This document shows positions 59,378 to 64,000 of a DNA stretch of 64,000 bases, in pieces (positions within the stretch are counted from its first letter, which is position 1; every line of letters begins with the position of its first letter). Source of the stretch: Wenzhouxiangella sp. (GTDB taxonomy: Bacteria > Pseudomonadota > Gammaproteobacteria > Xanthomonadales > Wenzhouxiangellaceae). The DNA lies in assembly GCA_007134485.1 (NCBI GenBank), contig SLKT01000040.1, forward strand, positions 16,696 to 80,695, written 5' to 3'. Below the pieces are notes generated by a model. The model did not search any database and was not told the origin of the DNA. It worked only from the letters and a program-made list of their open reading frames with translations. Position numbers and translations under genes: made by a program.

Positions 59378-59698
59378 ATGGACGGTGCGATAGCTGCATT
59401 CCTTGTTCTCGGCCTGGTCGCACTATGGTGGTACTCGGCCATCCAGGCGCGCGACCTGGCGCGTGATGTCGCCCGGGATTTCTGCAAGCGCCAGGGCTGG
59501 CAGTTGCTCGATCAGACGGTCGCCTTGATTTCAATGCGCCCGATTCGGCACAACGACCGCATGAGCTGGAAACGTCGCTATCGTTTCGACTTCAGCCCGG
59601 ATGGCGGGAAACGGCTCAGTGGCGAGTTGATGCTGATCGGCTACCGCCTGGAGACGATCTCCGCGGATCTGGAAAATGGGGGACGTCTGATTGAATGA
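59378..59698 (+). CDS. DUF3301 family membrane-anchored protein
   Basis: N-terminal TM, CKRQGWQLLDQTVAL, RYRFDFSPDG..R..GEL. Confidence 0.8.
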   Translation: MDGAIAAFLVLGLVALWWYSAIQARDLARDVARDFCKRQGWQLLDQTVALISMRPIRHNDRMSWKRRYRFDFSPDGGKRLSGELMLIGYRLETISADLENGGRLIE

Positions 59699-59702
59699 CT
59701 CT

Positions 59703-59824
59703 CGAGACGGGAGACGGGGAGGATTCAGGGGTCAGGGGTAAGTCTACTAAATCGAGGGCGGTGGATAACCTGAACCCTGAACCCTGAACCCTGAACCCTG
59801 AAACCTAAACCGGAACCCGGAAAC
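59703..59824. repeat. Composite heptamer arrays in the convergent DUF3301/sspB spacer
   Basis: (GAGACG)-type x2 at 59703-59716, (TCAGGG)-type x2 at 59724-59737, eight in-register heptamers at 59769-59824 starting with (CCTGAAC)4. Confidence 0.9.
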
Positions 59825-59842
59825 CGTCAGTTCCCCTGCCCC

Positions 59843-60265
59843 CTACTTGACTACCTTCAGATTTGGCCGGCGCGGGTCGGAATCGTCTTCGGCGTCGCTC
59901 TTGCCATCGCCGGACTTGGATTCACGCCCCTCGGCCTGGCCGAGATCTTCTTCCTCGGGGAACATCATGCCGCGTCCGTTCTCACGGGCATAGACGGCCT
60001 GGACGGCCGGCATGGGAACACTGACGGCGCGGGACACGCCACCGAAACGGGCCACGAAAGTGATCAACTCGTTGTCCATGATCAGATCGCGGACGGCCTG
60101 GGGGCTGACATTGAGAATGACCTTGCCATCCTGCAACGCCTCGTTCGGCACCTCGACGCCATCCACACCGCCATCAACCAGCAGGTGAGGCGTCAATCCG
60201 GAATCAACGATCCATTCATGAACCGCTCGAACCAGGTACGGCCGACTCGAAACCATTTCGATCAA
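59843..60265 (-). CDS. sspB: ClpXP adaptor SspB
   Basis: SSRPYLVRAVHEWI, TPHLLVD, ARFGG, AVYARENG.GMMF, RRPNLKVVK. Confidence 0.96.
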   Translation of the reverse strand: MIEMVSSRPYLVRAVHEWIVDSGLTPHLLVDGGVDGVEVPNEALQDGKVILNVSPQAVRDLIMDNELITFVARFGGVSRAVSVPMPAVQAVYARENGRGMMFPEEEDLGQAEGRESKSGDGKSDAEDDSDPRRPNLKVVK

Positions 60266-60876
60266 TCCTTCTCGCGCAGCAGGCGTTCGACTTCGGTCAG
60301 GCTGCGCTGAAATGAATCGCGCTGGAACATTCGTTCCATGTAACGATTCAGATTCGGCGCAGAGCGCTGATCCAGGTTGATGTCATAGGAAGGAAGACGC
60401 CACAGCAGCGGAGCCAGCGCACAGTCAACCAGCGACAGCTCGTCATTGAGCAGATACGGGGTCAGTCCGAACAGATCATCGGATGCGGTCAGGCTGTCAC
60501 GCAACTGCCCCCGGGCGGTGGCCACCTTTTTTTCTCCCCCCGAGGTCTCGATGATCTCGCCAGCTTCAATCCAGTCTCGATTCATTCGATACATGGCCAG
60601 CCTCAGCCGGGACCGCGAAACCGGATCAACCGGCATCAGCGGCGGGTGCGGATAGCGCTCGTCCAGGTACTCGGCCACCACCCACGTGCCATACAGCACC
60701 ATGTCGCGATCAACCAGGGTCGGGGTCTCGCTGTACGGATTGAGGTCGGCAAGATCCGCAGTAGCTGCCCGATCCTGCTCAACGTGAATGATCTCGACGT
60801 TGATGCCTTTTTCGGCCAGAACGAATCGCACTCGGTGACAATTGAGGCAGTTCTCCGAAGAATACAATGCCATCAT
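60262..60876 (-). CDS. sspA: Stringent starvation protein A (GST fold)
   Basis: HRVRFVLAEKG, LNPYSETPTLVDRD, EYLDERYPHPPLMPVDP, LAPLLWRL. Confidence 0.96.
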   Translation of the reverse strand: MMALYSSENCLNCHRVRFVLAEKGINVEIIHVEQDRAATADLADLNPYSETPTLVDRDMVLYGTWVVAEYLDERYPHPPLMPVDPVSRSRLRLAMYRMNRDWIEAGEIIETSGGEKKVATARGQLRDSLTASDDLFGLTPYLLNDELSLVDCALAPLLWRLPSYDINLDQRSAPNLNRYMERMFQRDSFQRSLTEVERLLREKD

Positions 60877-60930
60877 GTTCCAGTCCCTCTTTCCGTTATT
60901 GCGTTGTGTCGAACAGGCCGACGCGAAAAA

Positions 60931-61671
60931 TCACTTCTTCACGTCCTTCCAGTACTCCTGGTACAGGAGCCAGGAGATGAAGGTGAACAAGGACAGGAAC
61001 AAAAAGACCCAGATTCCCAGTCGCTTGCGTGTGAGCTGGGCGGGCTCAGAAATGTATTCCATGAATGCAACCAGGTCGCGAATGGCGCGATCATATTCGG
61101 TCGGCGACATTGCGCCGGGCTGATCGAGCTCCAGAGAGACCACCTCGGTGCGAACCTCACCGCCGGAGGCCTCGCGCTGCTCGGTCACCGCCCGTTGAAT
61201 ACCCTGCAACTCCCAGAGCACGTGCGGCATGGACGGATGTTCCAGGACCGTGTTGTTCCAGCCATCATCGGTCAGATAGAAGCTGCGCATGAAGGTGTAA
61301 ATCCAGTCCGGACCACGAGATCGAGCCGTCAGGGTCAAATCCGGCGGAACCACGCCGAACCATTCCTCGGCATCCTCATCGCGCATCGCGGCCAGCAGGT
61401 AATCGGAGAGCTCCTGATCACCAAACGCCAGGTTTCCGAGCACCTCTTCCTCGCTCAGATCAAGATCATTGACCAGGTGCTGGTAACGCACGAACTCGGC
61501 CGAGTGGCAACTCATGCAGTAGTTGACGAACAGGGTCGCGCCACGCTGGACGGAGGCCTGGTCGAAGACATTGCTGCCAGCATGATCGAGGTCACCGTAC
61601 TTGCCGGCGGCCTGAAGGCTCAACGATGCCAGCAAAAGCATCGCGCCCATGGAGACTATACGGTCAATCAT
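60931..61671 (-). CDS. petC: Cytochrome c1
   Basis: QRGATLFVNYCMSCH, PPDLTL, MPHVL, C-terminal TM and EYWKDV. Confidence 0.96.
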   Translation of the reverse strand: MIDRIVSMGAMLLLASLSLQAAGKYGDLDHAGSNVFDQASVQRGATLFVNYCMSCHSAEFVRYQHLVNDLDLSEEEVLGNLAFGDQELSDYLLAAMRDEDAEEWFGVVPPDLTLTARSRGPDWIYTFMRSFYLTDDGWNNTVLEHPSMPHVLWELQGIQRAVTEQREASGGEVRTEVVSLELDQPGAMSPTEYDRAIRDLVAFMEYISEPAQLTRKRLGIWVFLFLSLFTFISWLLYQEYWKDVKK

Positions 61672-62909
61672 CAGTGCGTCACTCGCTCAGGTACGGGTTT
61701 GGTCTTTTCAAAACGGGTCCAGATCGGCATCAGAATGAAAAAGGCGAAATAGAGAAACGTCCAGAACCTCAATTCGAACGTACTCGATTCCTGAGACAGG
61801 CCCAGCATGCCCAAGCGGATGAAAGCCACGGCGAAGATGAACAGCGCCAGCTTGGACATCCAGCTCCGATATCGGATGGACTTGACCGGACTGCGATCCA
61901 GCCAGGGCACCAGATAGAGAATCAATACCGCCGCTCCCATCAGGAGCACGCCCATCAGCTTGTCAGGCACGGCCTGCAGGATCGCGTAGAACGGTGTGAA
62001 GTACCACACCGGCGGAATATGATCAGGCGTGACCAGCGGATCGGCAGGAATGAAATTATCCGGCTTGAGGAAATAGCCACCGAACTCCGGTGCGAAAAAG
62101 ATGATGAACGCGGCAATCAACAGGAAGAACGATGCGCCGAAGATATCCTTGACGGTGTAGTAGGGATGGAACGGGATGCCGTCACGCGGGCGACCATTCT
62201 CGTCCTTGTTGGCCTTGATCTCGATACCGTCGGGATTGTTGGAGCCGACTTCATGCAGGGCGGCCAGGTGAAGCACCACCAGCAGCAGCAGAACCATGGG
62301 CAAGGCCACCACGTGCAGGGCGAAGAACCGGTTCAAGGTGGCATCGGCGACAAAGTAATCGCCGCGAATCCACTCGACCAGCCCGTCACCGATGTAGGGC
62401 ACGGCGCCAAACAGGGAAATGATGACCTGGGCGCCCCAGTAAGACATCTGGCCCCACGGCAACACATAGCCCATGAAGGATTCGGCCATCAGGACCAGGT
62501 AGATGGTCACACCCAGTATCCAGACCAGTTCACGCGGTTTCTGATACGAGCCATACATCAGGGCGCGGAACATGTGCAGGTAGACCACCACGAAAAACAG
62601 TGACGCGCCAGTCGAGTGCATGTACCGAATCAGCCAGCCCCACTCGACATCACGCATGATGTATTCGACCGAGGCAAACGCCAGTTCTGCGTCCGGCTTG
62701 TAATGCATGGTCAGAAAAATGCCGGTTACGATCTGGTTGACCAGCACCAGCAGCGACAACGAGCCGAAGAAGTACCACAGGTTGAAATTCTTGGGCGCGT
62801 AGTACTCGGTCAGGTGCTTGCGATTGAATTCGGCAATCGAGGAACGCTCATTGATCCAGTCATTGACCACTTCGAAGGGCCTGGAAAAATTGATTGCGGG
62901 CTTGGCCAT
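61671..62909 (-). CDS. petB: Cytochrome b
   Basis: YAPKNFN, GWLIRYMHSTGAS, LPWGQMSYWGA, TLNRFFALH, PFHPYY, PVWYF. Confidence 0.98.
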   Translation of the reverse strand: MAKPAINFSRPFEVVNDWINERSSIAEFNRKHLTEYYAPKNFNLWYFFGSLSLLVLVNQIVTGIFLTMHYKPDAELAFASVEYIMRDVEWGWLIRYMHSTGASLFFVVVYLHMFRALMYGSYQKPRELVWILGVTIYLVLMAESFMGYVLPWGQMSYWGAQVIISLFGAVPYIGDGLVEWIRGDYFVADATLNRFFALHVVALPMVLLLLVVLHLAALHEVGSNNPDGIEIKANKDENGRPRDGIPFHPYYTVKDIFGASFFLLIAAFIIFFAPEFGGYFLKPDNFIPADPLVTPDHIPPVWYFTPFYAILQAVPDKLMGVLLMGAAVLILYLVPWLDRSPVKSIRYRSWMSKLALFIFAVAFIRLGMLGLSQESSTFELRFWTFLYFAFFILMPIWTRFEKTKPVPERVTH

Positions 62910-62911
62910 GA

Positions 62912-63538
62912 TCAGGCAGCTCCTTCTTCTGGATCCATTCCGATCATGACGTTGTCATCATCGATGAATGAATACGGGGGCACCAGCAGGTTGCGAATGG
63001 CCGGCACCCCGCGAAAAACCCGGCCGGCCAGGTCGAAAGTCGAGCGGTGGCACGGACAGAAGAATCCGCCCTTCCAATCCGAGTCGAAGGGCTGTGGTCC
63101 GATTTCCGGCACCACCTGCGGCACGCAGCCCAGATGGGTGCAGTGAACATTCAGCACCAGAATTTCAGGACGAATAGAGCGATGGACGTTGCGTGCATAG
63201 ACCGGCTGTTGATCGGCAACCGAAGACTCGGGATCACGCAGACGCTCGGCCAGCCCGGGCAATTCCTCCAGCATGCGATCAGTCCGGCGCATGATGCCGA
63301 TGGTCTGCCCACGCCACTGCACCCGGGTCAGCTGACCCGGCTCGAGGTTTCCGATATAGACTTCGACCGGCGCACCCACAATGCGCGCCTTGGAGCTGGG
63401 CTGCAGAGAGGAAAGAAATGGCCAGGCGGCAGCGCCGACGCCGGCCGCGCCGATCACGCCAGTGGTCGCCATCAGCAACCGGCGCCGACCCAGGTCGGTC
63501 TGCGGCTGGATGGAATCAAGTGATTCGGTTTCGGACAT
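62912..63538 (-). CDS. petA: Rieske Fe-S protein of the bc1 complex
   Basis: Tat motif GRRRLL, CTHLGC, FFCPCH. Confidence 0.97.
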   Translation of the reverse strand: MSETESLDSIQPQTDLGRRRLLMATTGVIGAAGVGAAAWPFLSSLQPSSKARIVGAPVEVYIGNLEPGQLTRVQWRGQTIGIMRRTDRMLEELPGLAERLRDPESSVADQQPVYARNVHRSIRPEILVLNVHCTHLGCVPQVVPEIGPQPFDSDWKGGFFCPCHRSTFDLAGRVFRGVPAIRNLLVPPYSFIDDDNVMIGMDPEEGAA

Positions 63539-63725
63539 GAATTACTCCCGATCTAACGAGTCTAGTCCGGACAGCCAGTGGCTGATCGGCTTTCCGGATG
63601 GTTCTTGACGAATGGCCTCGAATTCGCCCGAAACAGGGCCGGAGCGGACCGGTTTGGCCAACCCCACTTCAGGCGCACATTGATGTTCAATCGGCTATTT
63701 TAGCGAAAAATTAAGGATAAGCACA

Positions 63726-63756
63726 ATTATACTTGCCTGGAAATGAAGTTCGTCAA
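63726..63756 (-). promoter_or_regulatory. Candidate petABC promoter with 19-bp spacer
   Basis: TTGACG-N19-TATAAT on the minus strand. Confidence 0.5.
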
Positions 63757-63846
63757 TGCCCGAACCCCGGCCAGGCAGGCCCTCAAGCCCCTTATAATCG
63801 GCCCTGTACAGCTCGTCCACCCGGTCCAAGACCAACAGTTCCCGTC

Positions 63847-64000
63847 GTGAAGATTTTTCTCCAGTTCACCAGTCAGTTCGTTCTGCTCGGCTTGGCGATC
63901 GCCTTTGTCATCGTATTCTTTCGTCCCGACCTGCTGCCGGCGCTCGATCAGGCCCAGACGGCACCGGGTCCGACCTCCTACGCCGATGCCGTCAATCGGG
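63847..64000 (+). CDS. degS: Partial CDS: DegS/AlgW-type HtrA protease N-terminus
   Basis: Not in ORF track. GTG start: MKIFLQFTSQFVLLGLAIAFVIVFFRPDLL...GPTSYADAVNR; TM anchor plus SYADAV motif; TATAAT at 63793. Confidence 0.75.
   Translation, partial: MKIFLQFTSQFVLLGLAIAFVIVFFRPDLLPALDQAQTAPGPTSYADAVNR

Noticed and set aside
59769-59824. Heptamer arrays as CRISPR, REP or MITE elements
   Set aside because: Units are 7 bp with no spacers, no cas or transposase gene and no target-site duplication
63679-63691. ATTGA-TGT-TCAAT dyad upstream of petA as an FNR box
   Set aside because: Spacing does not match TTGAT-N4-ATCAA

Overview
High-GC gammaproteobacterial chromosome segment. Gene order and heptamer repeats resemble Xanthomonadales or Wenzhouxiangella-like organisms, but the taxon cannot be fixed from sequence alone. 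Bases 1-28.8 kb hold a type VI secretion system on the minus strand. It has two blocks in P. aeruginosa H1-T6SS-like order: fha-tssJ-tssK-tssL(OmpA)-tssM-tagF-pppA, then tssA-tssB-tssC-hcp-tagJ-tssE-tssF-tssG-clpV-vgrG. After vgrG comes a Burkholderia T6SS-5-like spike module: DUF2169+pentapeptide, pentapeptide, DUF3540, DUF4150 PAAR-like. The last gene, truncated by the window edge and missing from the ORF track, reads as a degenerate Ser/Thr kinase (pseudokinase) N-lobe. The usual ppkA position after pppA instead holds an 88-aa orphan on the opposite strand. No toxin-immunity pair is visible. Bases 29-64 kb are core genome: fused E1 alpha/beta 2-oxoacid dehydrogenase with glutaryl-CoA dehydrogenase, two cytochromes c, an esterase, wbpM/wbpL-like genes, lapAB, ihfB, rpsA, cmk, aroA, hisC, pheA, serS, purA, hflCKX, hfq, miaA, mutL, amiB, nsrR, nlpD, pcm, surE, smr, DUF3301, sspBA, petCBA and the start of degS. 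Four 7-bp tandem-repeat tracts sit just after stop codons; each gives four GGG runs spaced by 4 nt (G-quadruplex pattern) with varying loop sequences. hflX probably starts at a CTG codon. I saw no rRNA, tRNA, CRISPR array, integrase or transposase. Family assignments come from motif recognition by eye, not from database searches.
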